Shown here one piece after another: positions 45,131-61,591 of a DNA stretch of 64,000 nucleotides. How positions within the stretch are numbered: the first letter of the stretch is position 1; every line of letters begins with the position of its first letter. This DNA is from Eledone cirrhosa (lineage: Eukaryota). A model generated the notes under the pieces. That model worked only from the letters and a program-made list of their open reading frames with translations, ran no database searches and was not told where the DNA came from. Position numbers and translations under genes: made by a program. Location of the stretch: assembly GCA_964016885.1 (NCBI GenBank), contig OZ024753.1:7006001-7070000 (forward strand). The letters run 5' to 3'.

Positions 45131-45915
45131 TTATATAAATATATATATATATATTAATATATATATATAAATATATATATAAATATATATATATAAATAT
45201 ATATATAAATATAAATATATATATATTATATATATATATACATATATATATACATATATATACATATATATATATATAAATTTATATATAAATATATATA
45301 TATACATATATATACTAATATAAATACATTTATATATAAATATATATATAAATATATACATGTATATATACATATATATATACATATATATATATACATA
45401 TATATATAAATATAAATATATATATACGTATATATATAAATATAAATATATAGATATATAAATATATATATATACACATATATATCAATTTAAATATATT
45501 TATAAATATATATATATAAATATATACATATATATATAAATATATATATACATTTCGTTTCTGAATTTGTTTAGCAAGATTCTTTATCTGAAATCGTGTG
45601 TTGAAACCGGGTGTTGACCCTCCCAAAGTATAACAATATATATATACATATATATATAAATATAAATATAAATATATATAGATAGATATATATATATAAA
45701 TATATATATACATATATATATAAATATATATATACATATATATATAAATATATATATACATATATATATAAATATATATATAGGTATATATGTAAATAGA
45801 TATATACATATATATATATAGGTATATATATATAAATAGATATATACATATATATATAAATATATATATAAATATATATATAAATATATATATATATACA
45901 TATTTATATATGTAC

Positions 45916-45948
<33 letters not shown>

Positions 45949-46312
45949 CATATATATATACATATATATACATATATATATACATATATATATACATATA
46001 TATACATATATATATACATATATATATACATATATATATATACATTATATATATATATATATATATATACATATATATACATATATATATATAAATATAT
46101 ACATATATATATATATATATATACATATACATTTATATATACATATATATATATATACATATACATTTATATATACATATATATATACATATATATATGC
46201 TATACATATACATATATATATGCTATACATATATATACATATACATTTATATATATATATTTATATAAATATATATATATACAAATATATATATATATTT
46301 ATACAGTACTTG

Positions 46313-46358
<46 letters not shown>

Positions 46359-46406
46359 AATACATATATATATATATATAAATACATATATATATATACA
46401 TATATG

Positions 46407-46455
<49 letters not shown>

Positions 46456-46477
46456 GCATATATATATATATATATAA

Positions 46478-46512
<35 letters not shown>

Positions 46513-46607
46513 AATATATATATATATACATATATATAAATATATATATATATACATATATATAAACATATAAATATATATACATATACATATATAAATA
46601 TATATAT

Positions 46608-46646
<39 letters not shown>

Positions 46647-46657
46647 TATATATACAT

Positions 46658-46706
<49 letters not shown>

Positions 46707-46755
46707 TATATATATACATATATAAACAGTACTTGTATATACATACACACATACG

Positions 46756-46824
<69 letters not shown>

Positions 46825-47060
46825 CCATTATAATTTATTGCATTTTGCTCCTTCATCACAGGCTGAAATGGAATTTTCTGCTCTGACGTGATTACATTTT
46901 CCCCTATCACAATCCAACGAGGAAAATGACTTTTTCTTTGCACAAATCTTAGGTTTATTTATGGACAATTGCAATGGATCTTAACACAATCTCACCACCA
47001 GCAAACACGTATTACACACGTTCAAATACAAACATAGAGAATAACATACGCATACAAACT

Positions 47061-47097
<37 letters not shown>

Positions 47098-47235
47098 ATA
47101 TATATATATATATATACACACACGCAGACACACAAACACACAAACACACATACACAAACAGACACATATACATATATATGTTTATACTTGTATGTGCTTG
47201 AGTATGCATGTTTATATAAAGATATATATATATAC

Positions 47236-47273
<38 letters not shown>

Positions 47274-47393
47274 TCATTTATTTATATCCGCGCGGTTGTT
47301 GCTTTATTTATCATACGGAACATGAAGCACATACCACACACTGAGCATATTGCAGTATTAATATATATATATATATATACATATATATACACA

Positions 47394-47426
<33 letters not shown>

Positions 47427-47476
47427 CTATATATATATATATACACAGACACATATATATATACATATATATATAC

Positions 47477-47520
<44 letters not shown>

Positions 47521-47648
47521 ATACATATATTTATATATATATATATACTCATATATACATATGTATATATATATATATACACATACATACATATATATAA
47601 TTATATATATACACATACATACACATATATATATAATATACACATACA

Positions 47649-47687
<39 letters not shown>

Positions 47688-47738
47688 CATACATACATAC
47701 ATATATATATATTATTTGTATACACACAGACACATATA

Positions 47739-47790
<52 letters not shown>
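45131..47790. repeat. Interrupted (TA)n arrays with short unique islands
   Basis: Directly visible in the sequence. Confidence 0.9.
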
Positions 47791-47792
<2 letters not shown>

Positions 47793-49098
47793 ATTTAGTT
47801 ACGTTATTTCACTTCTTTTCCTCACTTCCCTTCTCTCTGCCAACGCTAAAATGCATGAAGGAATTCAGTTATCTAACCAAACAATATAGGGAAAAATACA
47901 TAGGATAAAAATGAAGAACTATATACAACAACAAAAAGCTATCCTTTCTGTCGTACATAATTTATCTTTATATTTATTTTTTGTCACTGTTTTTCTTCCG
48001 CCCTAGTACAAATCATTTGTATTTTTCTTTCTTTAATTCCTTCTTTTTTCTTAGTGTTTGTTTCTTTCCTCACTATATCTCACTTCACTCTCATCGCTCT
48101 CTTTTGCATCTCTCATTCGTTCATTTTGAACAGTGTAAAGCAAGTGGATATGAAAGAGAGAGGGAGAGAGCGAGAAAGGAGGAGATAGTTGTAAAGAGAG
48201 GGAGAGAGGATGAAGGAGAGATTGGGAAAATAAAGAGAGGAAGTGTGTGAGAGAGAGATTGGGAGAGATGGGGAATATAAAGAGAGGAAGTGAGGGAGAG
48301 AGAAAGAGAAAGAGAGAGAGATTGCGAGAGACGTAGATATATGAAGAGAAGTGAGAGAGTTGTACGAAAAAGGAAGAGAGTGGAAATATAAAGAGAGGAA
48401 ATGAGAAAGAGAGGGTGAGAGAGAAAGAGATTGGGAGAGAGGTGGAATATATAGAGAGGAAGTGAGAGAGAGGGAGAGCGAAAGAGAGAGTGGGAGAGAG
48501 AAAAGGGAAAGTGTGAGAGGAAAAGATAGCGTGTGAGAGCAAAAGAGAGGGTGTGAGAGGATAAGAGAGGGTGTAGGAGAGAAAAAGAGAAGTGTGAGAG
48601 GAAATAGAGGGTGTGAGAGAGAAAAGAGAGAGTGTGAGAGAGAAAGTATGGCAGGGAGTGAATAAGGAGGTGAGAATGTTTGAGGGCCCGGATGGTTTTA
48701 TTTTATACATTGCTCGCCCTGAACATGTATATCGCTGGTTGTATTTACTTCGATTTGTACTGGTAACATCGAGATGTAATTGGTAACATATTGACAGTAT
48801 TGCATTGACTCTTATATTACTGAGAGGGAGTGAGAGTGGGGGGGGGGGGGGGTAAGAGAGAGAAAGATAGAGAGAGTGGGAAGAGAAAGATAGAGAAGAG
48901 AGAGAGAGAGAGAGAGAGAGTGTGTGTGTCAGAGAGAGGAGAGAATGTCATACATATATATCATATATATATATATATATATATATGCAGAGGTTAAATT
49001 TAATTTGTTGGGATTCAACAGGCTTAACAATTTGTATAAATGATATAAAGCACTCAACAGCGAGTAAAACAACAGATTTATAAAACAAATCTGTATTG

Positions 49099-49164
49099 TA
49101 TTTTATCTGATGAAAGCGCACCATAATTTGCCTTGGAGGCCCTTGAAATATGTATCATAAAATA
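49099..49164 (+). ncRNA. Minimal type I hammerhead ribozyme motif
   Basis: Stem I UAUUUUAU/AUAAAAUA (8 bp), CUGAUGA at 49107-49113, stem II AAG.GC.CCA/UGG..GC.CUU, GAAA at 49145-49148, UAUGU, then cleavage triplet AUC at 49154-49156. Confidence 0.7.
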
Positions 49165-49195
49165 AATATGGTTTTATAAAAAGAGTTTCCATTTG

Positions 49196-49770
<575 letters not shown>

Positions 49771-49938
49771 ATTCAGAATATAATAAATGAAGACAATCAC
49801 ATAATAAATTATGATTATGTGAATGTTTTCATTTATTCTGAATGATATTAATAACTCCAGAAAACTTTTCGTAGAGTGCTTTTAATCTATTGTAAAACTA
49901 TATACATTGAGTAATCAATGAACAATATTAATATTTGG

Positions 49939-49990
<52 letters not shown>

Positions 49991-50061
49991 TATTATATAT
50001 ATATCATATTATATATATATATATATATATCATATTACATATATATATATATATTATATAT

Positions 50062-50332
50062 GTAGGAGGTGAGTTTTTATTGTAGTACAATGAAGTAGTG
50101 CAGATATCGGATAAGAAGCACTCTACAGTTTGTAGGACTGGAGTATACATAATATATAAGATCAAAAAATGGTTAAGAGTTCCATGTATTTTATTATGCG
50201 CATTTCAAAAACAAATATCATCATGCGATTACATTTGCGTTTTCGTCAGATAAAATAGGGAGACTTGATATGAAGGTTAAAACACACTTGTGAATAGTGC
50301 AGTTTTAAATCAACTATATGTTGATTTGAAAC

Positions 50333-50336
<4 letters not shown>
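50062..50336 (-). mobile_element. About 275-bp non-coding Penelope-like/retrozyme-type element with a hammerhead, inside (TA)n
   Basis: In minus-strand order: 5' hairpin TGCAGTTT.AAATCAAC/GTTGATTT.AAACTGCA, hammerhead, GTAGAGTGCT motif, AATAAA, then (TA)n. Homologs at 44968-45130 and 21955-22020. Confidence 0.65.
50187..50257 (-). ncRNA. Minimal type I hammerhead ribozyme motif
   Basis: Reverse complement reads UAUUUUAU-CUGACGA-AAACGCAAAUGU...AUAUUUGUUUUU-GAAA-UGCGC-AUA-AUAAAAUA. Stem III is the palindrome AUGCGCAU. Confidence 0.75.
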
Positions 50337-50389
<53 letters not shown>

Positions 50390-52109
50390 TATACATACAT
50401 ATATATATATCATATACATACATATATATATATCATATACATACATATATATATCATATACATACATATATATATATCATATACATATATATATATATCA
50501 TATACATATATATATATCATATACATATATATATATATATCATATACATACATATATATATATCATATACATATATATATCATATACATACATATATATA
50601 TATCATATACATACATATATATAAATCATATACATATATATATCATATACATATACATATATCATATACATATATATATCACATACGTATATATAATATA
50701 CATATATATATATATCATATACATATATATATATATATCATATACATATATATATATATATCATATATATATATATTATATTATATATATATATCATATA
50801 TATATATATATCTTATATATATATATATAATATACATATATATATATCATATATATATATATAATATACATATATATATATCATATATATAATATACATA
50901 ATATACATATATATATATATCATATATATAATATACATATATATATCATATATATATGTCATATATATATATATCATATATATATATATATTTATCATAT
51001 ATATATATATATCATATATATATATATATATATATATCATATATATATATATCATATACATATATATGATATATATATCTATATATATATATATCATATT
51101 ATATACATCATATTATATATATATATCGTATACATATAAATCATATATATATATATATATATCATATTATATATATCATATTATATATATATATCATATA
51201 CATATATATCATATATATATATATATATCATATATATATATATATCATATTTTATATATATCATATACATATATATCATATATAAATATATCATATATAT
51301 ATATATCATATATATCATATATATATATATCATATATATCATATATATATATATCATATATATCATATATATATATATATATCATATATATCATATATAT
51401 CATATATATACATATATATATAATATATATATATCATATCATATATATCATATATATATCATATATATATATCATATATATATATATATCATATATATCA
51501 TATATATATATATATCATATATATATATCATATATATATATATATCATATTTATATAATATCATAAATATCATATATATATATATATATATATATATCAT
51601 ATATATATATATATCATATATATATATATGTATATATATATATCTATATACATATATATATATATATATATCATATTATATATACATATCTATATATATC
51701 ATATATCTATATATTATATCATATATCTATCTATATATATATCATATCATATCATATATATATGTATATATATCATATTATATATATATCATATATATAT
51801 ATATATCATATACATATATATCATATACATACATATCATATACATATATATATATCATATACATATATATATATCATATACATATACATATATATCATAT
51901 ACATATATATATCATATACATATACATATATCATATATATATATATATATATAAACATATATCATATATATATGATATATCATTTATATATCATATATAT
52001 ATAGGGATATATCATATATATGTATATATATATATATATATCATATATACATATCATATATATATATCATATATATATACATCATATATATATATATATC
52101 GTATATATA

Positions 52110-52176
<67 letters not shown>

Positions 52177-52191
52177 ATATATATATATATG

Positions 52192-52234
<43 letters not shown>

Positions 52235-52424
52235 ATATTTATATATATATTATTTACATATATATATATATATATGATTTATATATATATATATAAAACA
52301 TATATATATATATATATAAATCATATATATATATATATAAATAAATCATTATATATATATCATACACATGTCACATATCACACACACACACATATATATA
52401 TATATATAATCATATATATATGTG

Positions 52425-52483
<59 letters not shown>

Positions 52484-52490
52484 TTACGTA
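50337..52490. repeat. About 2.1-kb (TA)n array with TATC/ATCA interruptions
   Basis: Directly visible in the sequence. Confidence 0.95.
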
Positions 52491-53081
52491 TACGTATCTA
52501 TGCATATACATATATACCTACACAGAGTGAAATAGAGGTGTTAGAAAGAAACAAAACGCAATAAGACGAACAGCATGGAACAACTATTACATAAGACATA
52601 AATGACTAAACGTTTCTTCGTCTCAGAAATGTCTTGATAATAACTTTTATATTAAATTTGACGGACTTCCGGTATACGGATTTCGATTCTCGAATTTAAT
52701 GGGGTTTTTTTCTCTCTCTCGTCACATAGAAAATGACGACGGCAACAACATAACTAATATCTGCATAAACATGAACTATGAGAAGAAAATTAAAAACAAT
52801 AGTGGGATAAAACAATAACAGCAAGCGCAAAGGAACAGCAGTGAAAGTAGTAAAAAATAGAATTTACTAATTTCGTTACTCTCCTTGACAGTTTAAGGTG
52901 AAATCTTTAAATGTCTTCATGAAGTGACAGATAAAATATTTCCTTTGAAAAATAACAGAATATTTAGAATGCATTTGCTTTAACTTAGGTATAAAATGAT
53001 TATTTAGTTGTTGATTAAATACATTTGTTGACACATTTTTTTCATTCTTTTTTTTCTTTTTGTTGCACGTTATAAACGATC

Positions 53082-53408
53082 ATGAAAGGCACTCCGTCGG
53101 TTACGACGACGAGTGTTGCAGTTGGACCGATCGACGGAACAGCTTGCTCATGAAATTAACCTGGAAATGGCTGAGCATTCCACAAAGCAAACACGCGTGC
53201 CCTTAACGTAGTTCTCAGGGAGATTAGGCGTGTCATGGAATGTGACAAGGCTGGCCCTTCGAATTACAGGTACAAATCATTGTTGCCGACTGAATGAACT
53301 GGAGCCACGTGAAATATAGTGTCTTGCTCAAGAATACAGCGCGCGGCCGGGAATCGAACTCACAACCTTTCGTTCGTGAGCTAATTTCCCTAACCACAAA
53401 GCCACGCG
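53082..53408 (-). mobile_element. Long CORE-type tRNA SINE with a different 3' tail
   Basis: Minus strand reads CGCGTGGCTTTGTGGTTAGG ... GAGTTCGATTCCCGG ... TTCTTGAGCAAGACAC. The head and CORE are shared with family B. Confidence 0.7.
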
Positions 53409-53581
53409 GTGAATTGACAGAATTGTCAGAACGTCAAATAGAATACTCTTCTCTCTGAGTTCAAATCCTGCCGTTCTCAGATTAGACTGTTATCCATTCG
53501 CGGTCGATAAAACAAGTATTAGTCATGTACTGGGGTCGATTTGTTTCTCTATGTATCTTTATTAGCCCCCCTCCCTCCCCT

Positions 53582-53613
<32 letters not shown>

Positions 53614-53924
53614 TTTCTAACCATGTTGGGAAAAACATTTGCTGTATTTAAATCTGGAGAGGGATGGGCGCCACCAGGTTTTAAAATGCCCTGAGAAATA
53701 CCGTATGTCAATACAACGTCACTACAACTTCCCCGACAGTTAGGGCACCATACATACACGTTTATACAGCATAGTTTGGAATTAAGCCTAATGAATAAAT
53801 ATTTGTAAATTCAAACCAAACAACAGCAAAGATTCATATATGTGGTTACTTCACTTAAGACAGTTTGTAACATCGACCCATTGAATTTTGTAGTTATTTC
53901 TATATGTAAGAATTTAAAACCAAC

Positions 53925-54505
53925 ATCAACGCAAAAATAAAACACAAAACAGACACTCACACCAAACACAAGCATATCTAGAACAACACGAACTCCTAAA
54001 CCACGAATAAACACAGTATCACCATCAACACCAACACAATAACACCACATCGAATTAACATACAGAGAAACAGTTCCAAAACAACAACACGAACTCCTTA
54101 ACCACAAATAACCACAACACCACCATCAAAACTAACACAATAACACAACATAGAATCAACATACAACCATAAATAAACAGAAACAAAACAACAACACACA
54201 CAGCAAAGTTTGTTCCAATGAAGAATTGATGCCCCTCATAACAAGAAATGGGGTTATTGAAAGAATAGGAGAAGTAGAAGAGGTTTTGGCCAGCAGTAGC
54301 TTTAAGTTGCCATAATCATTAATAATTGTTTAAATTTTTGGTACAAGGCCAGCAATTATCCCAGTGCATTATTGGTACTTTATTTTATCGACCCCGTAAG
54401 GATGAAAGGCAAAGTTAACCTCGGCAGTATTGGAACTCAGACCGTAAAGGGACATATCTCTATGCTGCAAAGTAGGGCGTCCGACCCTCTACTGATACTG
54501 CCAAT
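53925..54505. repeat. Second copy of the 101-bp minisatellite + unique tail + SINE A block
   Basis: Colinear with 13480-14030, including GATGCCCCTCATAACAAGAAATGGGGTTATTGAAAGAAT. Confidence 0.85.
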
Positions 54506-55069
54506 TCCTTTTAATGTTTTTTATGTTTCTCGTGACCTAAAAACATTAGGAAGTGCTTCCCCTAAAACGTGAGAAAGCCCTTATTTAAAATCCAACAATA
54601 GACTTTTAAAGAGGCCCCCCAAAAGAACCACACCCTCATATTCAGGTCGAAATACCTGATCTCTAAAAGCACCCAAAGTGTAAGAAGCTCAGTTATTTCC
54701 GAAATACTTTACGAACAACATGCTAATTTTAAAAATACCTTGTATAGACTCGCGTGGCTTGGATTCGTCCTGGAAGTAAGGTCGATTGTTCAGGTGTAAC
54801 AACCTGGAATATGTAATGTTTGTGAAGCGTTCATAATCCTTTACCAATCGGGTAGCGTAGTCAGTGAAAGTTCTACGTTTGCCTTCTATAGATGACTAGT
54901 GGAGAGCAGGTGCGATAACGTTCGCGAGCAAACACTAGACCTCGGCGAGAAGGAACTAACCAGTCCGTTCCAGAAACTTTCAGGCTGGAGACAATGAAGA
55001 ATTTGCATAAATTCCTGGGCTGCCGGTGCTACCGGTGATAAGGCACCGACGGTTAGATACAAATAATAA

Positions 55070-55287
55070 TAATGATTTCTGATTTAGGTACAAGGCCAAA
55101 AATTAAGGGTGAAGGGAAAAATCGATTAAATCAACCCCAGTGCGTGAGTGGTACTATATTTTTCGACCCCGTAAGGATGAAAGGTAAAGTTAACCTCGGC
55201 GGGATTTCAACTCAGAATGGCAAGGGACGTAACTCTATGCGTCAAAGCATGGCGTCCGACCCTCTACCGATACTGCAAATCCACCGA
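55070..55287 (-). mobile_element. SINE family A copy
   Basis: Family motifs. Confidence 0.85.
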
Positions 55288-55485
55288 CTGATAATAATAA
55301 TAAAATTCAATTAATATCCTCAACGATCTTGTAGCTGCTCATCTTCATTTTTCTTATATATTAATTTTCTTCTATTTGATTTTTTTCTGTCCTTCACATT
55401 CTTTATATATTTACATCTCTCTTTTCTTTCTGTGAATCTTTCTTTCTCTTTTAATCTTCCCCATTCTCTCTAATTATTTATCTCT

Positions 55486-55880
55486 TTCCTTCAGCACATC
55501 TCCATCCAGTCTCTATACTTCAACCTGACTCTCTTCCTCTCTACCATTTTCTTCTTTGTCTTGCATATATCCCCCTCAGTTATTATCTCAAGCTAAGCTC
55601 TCTCTTTTTATATTCCATCCCTCTGTCTCCTCTCCTGTCATTTACTCTCACTCTCTCTCTAGCTTTCTTTCCCCCCTCCCCCTCTCTAATTCTTTCGCTC
55701 TTTCCTTCAGCATATCTCCATCCAGTTTCTATACTTCAAACTGACCCTCTTCCTCTCTACCATTTTCTTCTTTGTCTTGCATATATCTCCCTCAGTTATT
55801 ATGGCAAGCTAAGCTCTATTTTTTTTTTGCTATTTTGACCCTTCTGTCTCTGCTTCTCTCATTTACTCTCTCTCTCTATT
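55486..55880. repeat. About 216-bp pyrimidine-rich tandem duplication
   Basis: TTCCTTCAGCA.ATCTCCATCCAGT...CAAGCTAAGCTCT occurs twice. Confidence 0.85.
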
Positions 55881-56396
55881 TCTATTCTACGTCCTATTCT
55901 ACATATTGCGGTATCTCACAATATCTCGACATTCCTATCTCTAACACGTTATCTCTTACACTTGTTCCCCCCGCTCTTGAAATCGTTTACGAATGTAGAT
56001 AGAATTGATTTGAAAGATAAATACCACTTGTACACCTTTGTTTGGCTTTAGCGTACAAAGATCAGTCTGCAAGTGACTGGGAAATATTTACCGTATAGAC
56101 CCATTTTAAACAATAATGGTAGCACTATTCTGTTCAGGCATGTCAAGTTATCAGCTGTGAAGTATTGATTACTACAATATTCTCAATTCCCAGACTATTC
56201 CCGACCAAAATCTAAAGAAAAGTAAGTATAAAAGCAAAGAAGATAAAAACAAAATGATGCTTCTTTTTAACACCTATTGTCTGGAACAAATTATTCCAAA
56301 TAAACGGCTTTTTCACAGAGCAATAAAAGCAATGAATGTGTAAAAATCGTGGACATTTATAATTGTTTTATTTTATACATATATAAGTACACAAAG

Positions 56397-57537
<1,141 letters not shown>

Positions 57538-57752
57538 GGAGTCGATCGACTTTCGTCAAATCGGACCGAGGGAACAATGTTTCCGTCGGTCTTTCCAATT
57601 GCTAATACTATATATCGGTCGCAACTCCAGGTAGAAGGAGCAACGTGAAATAAAGTGTCTTGCCCAAGGACATAACGCACCACCTGGTCCAGGGATCGAA
57701 CTCACAACCTTATGATTGCGAATCCAATTCTCTAACCACTCAGCCACACGCC
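57538..57752 (-). mobile_element. SINE family B copy flanked by (TA)n
   Basis: Near-identical to 3228-3443. Confidence 0.8.
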
Positions 57753-57965
57753 TTCACATATATATATATATTCAGGTTTGAGGCTCACCACTGGATAGAG
57801 CTGGTCAATTCCGTATGGTCAATCTCAATGCAACAATATAGAGAGTACTCAACGTAAAGCAGTTCAACCGTCTTTGTTTTTGTAGTTGGTGGTGCAAGTA
57901 CGGAGTTAAATATTATAATGAAATGACAGGAGGCTGGACTTGTGTAAATCCTTGAAAGGTTTATT

Positions 57966-58023
57966 ATACTATGATCATTTCAATGACCGGGTTCCGTATG
58001 AATCCGGTGATATCATCAGGTAT
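57966..58023 (-). ncRNA. Type I hammerhead-like motif (left arm of inverted repeat)
   Basis: Reverse complement reads AUAC-CUGAUGA-stem II (ACCGG/CCGGU)-GAAA-UGAUC-AUA-GUAU. Confidence 0.6.
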
Positions 58024-58187
58024 TCGAAATATAATAAGTGAATATAATAGATGAAATCAATGGGGCTGAAAATCAAACACCCGAGGACGACCGTCATCCA
58101 GCATCTTCCACCTTTGCCGGTCGCCCTCAGATCTTTGATTTTCAGCCCCATGGATTTTATCTATTACATTCACGTATTATATTTCGA

Positions 58188-58245
58188 ATACCTGATGATA
58201 TCACCGGATTCATACGGAACCCGGTCATTGAAATGATCATAGTAT
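58188..58245 (+). ncRNA. Type I hammerhead-like motif (right arm of inverted repeat)
   Basis: CUGAUGA at 58192-58198, GAAA at 58230-58233, palindromic stem III AUGAUCAU, triplet AUA and a 4-bp stem I. The first stem II pair is U-U, which is non-canonical. Confidence 0.6.
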
Positions 58246-58296
58246 AATAAACCTTTCAAGGATTTACACAAGTCCAGCCTCCTGTCATTTCATTAT

Positions 58297-58342
<46 letters not shown>

Positions 58343-58377
58343 TATATATATATTTATATATATATATATATATATAT

Positions 58378-58454
58378 AACGAAGGAAATGTGGTAAGAAA
58401 CCAGGTGGACCATAACGCACTAAAGTACTCAGTACTTAGGGTAGTAGAGTGGGT
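58378..58454. mobile_element. Third, truncated copy of the 17776 element
   Basis: AACGAAGGAAATGTGGTAAGAAACCAGGTGGACCATAACGCAC... between TA-rich tracts. Confidence 0.75.
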
Positions 58455-59430
58455 ATATATTTATATATGATTGTTTGTGTGTGTACATAGTGGGACACAT
58501 ATATGGGACACACACACATGTGTATATATATATATATATACACATATACATTCATATGGGTGGGGTATAAATATATATAGAGATGTTTGTGTGAGAGAGA
58601 GTGTGTGTGTGTGTGTGCGTGTCTGTGTATGAGAAAGTGTGTGTGTGTATGTGTGTGTGTTTGTGTAGGTATGTAGCTATATATCTTTATATATGGTACT
58701 CTGTGTAGTTAAACTATTTAAAAATGGCCGTTGACTGTCAATAGCTTCTTTTACTCAAGTTCGTTTTACATTCCTCTAATTATATGGCAGCTTATCTGTT
58801 GGTCATTCCCTGTAAATTGTACCAAATTTCGGTTGATATTTCGTCCACCTACATTGAAAACAATTACTTTGTTTACTACAAATATTTCAAATATTTGTGT
58901 TTCAACATTTCACAGCTGTAGCTAGGTGAGGTTGATTAGGTTGCGTTTATTATAGGGTCTTCAAGTATGAAATTTATAGAAATTTGTAGAAAAAAAAGAC
59001 AAACTTCTACACATTTCATACTTGGCGACACAATAGCTTTTTATTGGATCCCTGGCATTCCTGTTGTATGATGCGATGACAAATAATATATCAGTTTCAC
59101 GAAGAAGGAAAAAAAGATATTCAATAGAGGATAATCCAAATATCAGGTGTAGGTAAATATCAGTTAATTGTCAACAAACCTATAACTCAAAGTTCTAAAC
59201 GAAGATATAATTGCTCGAACACAGCATGGATTAATACCGTAGGGTTTTTGATGTCGTTACCACTCCTGAATTCTGGAAACATTACAAGTGTTCGTGTTAA
59301 CGTTAATAATAACACTTCAAAGATAATTCAAACAAAATACTGAACTGTAAAAACTAATAAAGTACTTCTCAGATAAGAAATATTCCAAGGGCTTCAATCT
59401 TTCAACTAGTTTTACTCATGAAAGAGACCT

Positions 59431-60526
59431 CGTAACTACCATATTTACTATACAGACAGCGCAACTACCATATATATTATACAGACAACGTAACTACCAT
59501 ATATATTATACAGACAACGTAACTACCATATTTACTATACAGACAACGCAACTACCATATATATTATACAGACAACGTAACTACCATATATATTATACAG
59601 ACAACGCAACTACCATATTTACTATGCAGACAACGTAACTACCATATATACTATACAGACAACGTGACTACCATATAAACTATACAGGCAACGCAACTAC
59701 CATATATATTATACAGACAACGTAACTACCATATATATTATACAGACAACGTAACTACCATATATACTATACAGACAACGTAACTACCATATATATTATA
59801 CAGACAACGTAACTACCATATATACTATGCAGACAACGTAACTACCATATATACTATACAGACAACGTAACTACCATATATATTATACAGACAACGTAAC
59901 TACCATATATACTATACAGACAACGTAACTACCATATATATTATACAGACAACGTAACTACCATATATATTATACAGACAACGCAACTACCATATATATT
60001 ATACAGACAACGTAACTACCATATATATTATACAGACAACGTAACTACCATATTTACTATACAGACAACGTAACTACCATATATACTATACAGACAACGT
60101 AACTACCATATATACTATACAGACAACGTAACTACTATATATATTATACAGACAACGTAACTACCATATATATTATACAGACAACGTAACAACCATATAT
60201 ATGATACAGACAACGTAACTACCATATATATTATACAGACAACGTAACTACCATATATATGATACAGACACGTAACTACCATATTTACTATACAGACAAC
60301 GTAACTACCATATATATGATACAGACACGTAACTACCATATTTACTATACAGACAACGTAACTACCATATATATGATACAGACACGTAACTACCATATTT
60401 ACTATACAGACAACGTAACTACCATATTTACTATACAGACAACGTAACTACCATATTTACTATACAGACAACGTAACTACCATATTTACTATACAGACAA
60501 CGTAACTACCATATATATTATACAGA
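59431..60526. repeat. 29-bp minisatellite CGTAACTACCATATATAYTATACAGACAA, about 38 copies (resumes at 61291-61330)
   Basis: Directly visible. Units are contiguous, with no spacers. Confidence 0.95.
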
Positions 60527-61290
60527 CTAGCAGAAAACCATCCTCCGGGTGGTTTTCTGCTAGTATATATATATATATATATTACACACACAGAAATGTA
60601 TATATATTTCTGTGTGTATATATATATATTTCTGTGTGTGTATATATATATATATATTACACACACAGAAATGTATATATATTTCTGTGTGTATATATAT
60701 ATATTTCTGTGTGTGTGTATATATATATATATATATTACACACACAGAAATGTATATATATTTCTGTGTGTATATATATATATATTACACACACAGAAAT
60801 GTATATATATTTCTGTGTGTATATATATATATATTTCTTTGTGTGTATATATATATATCTATTACACACACAGAAATGTATATATATTTCTGTGTTTATA
60901 TATATATATATATTACACACATAGAAATGTATATATATTTCTGTGTGTATATATATATATATATATTACACACACAGAAATGTATATATATTTCTGTGTG
61001 TATATATATATTACACACACAGAAATGCATATATATTTCTGTGTGTATATATATATATTTCTGTGTGTGTATATATATATATATAACACACACAGAGAAA
61101 TGTATATATGTTTCTGTAGCACTCCTCAATTCCCCCCCTCTCCCTCCCGCTATCCCCCTCTCGTAGTCTGTCTCTTTCTTTCACTTTCACTCTCTCTCTA
61201 CGCGTGCGCAAAAAACATTCGCACGCGCGCACGTGTTTCCACTGTCGGACAGACAGAGAGATAAATTGCTGGTTATCTATTATAAGGAGA
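60527..61290 (-). mobile_element. Non-autonomous Helitron inserted into the 29-bp minisatellite
   Basis: Minus strand reads A|TCTCCTTATAA...CTAG|T. Removing it rejoins ACAGA|TAACGTAACTACC, a minisatellite unit, with no TSD. Internal tandem array at 60576-61116. Confidence 0.85.
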
Positions 61291-61538
61291 TAACGTAACT
61301 ACCATATATATTATACAGACAACGCAACTATCATAAGTCTACTAATGTGAAAAATTCCGTTATAACCAATACCATTATAACGAATTTTTCAGTATAACGA
61401 AATTCATTTTCAATCCACGGCCACATGCTCGATGTGTTAGGTTGATAATTAAATAGCTCTGTACAATACATTGAGCACTCTTCTTTCCATTACATTTTCC
61501 ATGGAAATACACACAGACACATACAAACACAGAGAGAC

Positions 61539-61591
<53 letters not shown>

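Larger units (their letters stand above)
57915..58296. repeat. Long inverted repeat (arms about 163-178 bp, outer 122 bp identical)
   Basis: 57915-58036 is the exact reverse complement of 58175-58296. The inner part is imperfect. Confidence 0.92.

Noticed and set aside
59431-60526. 29-bp repeat array as a possible CRISPR
   Set aside because: Units are contiguous with no unique spacers, there are no cas genes, and the context is eukaryotic.
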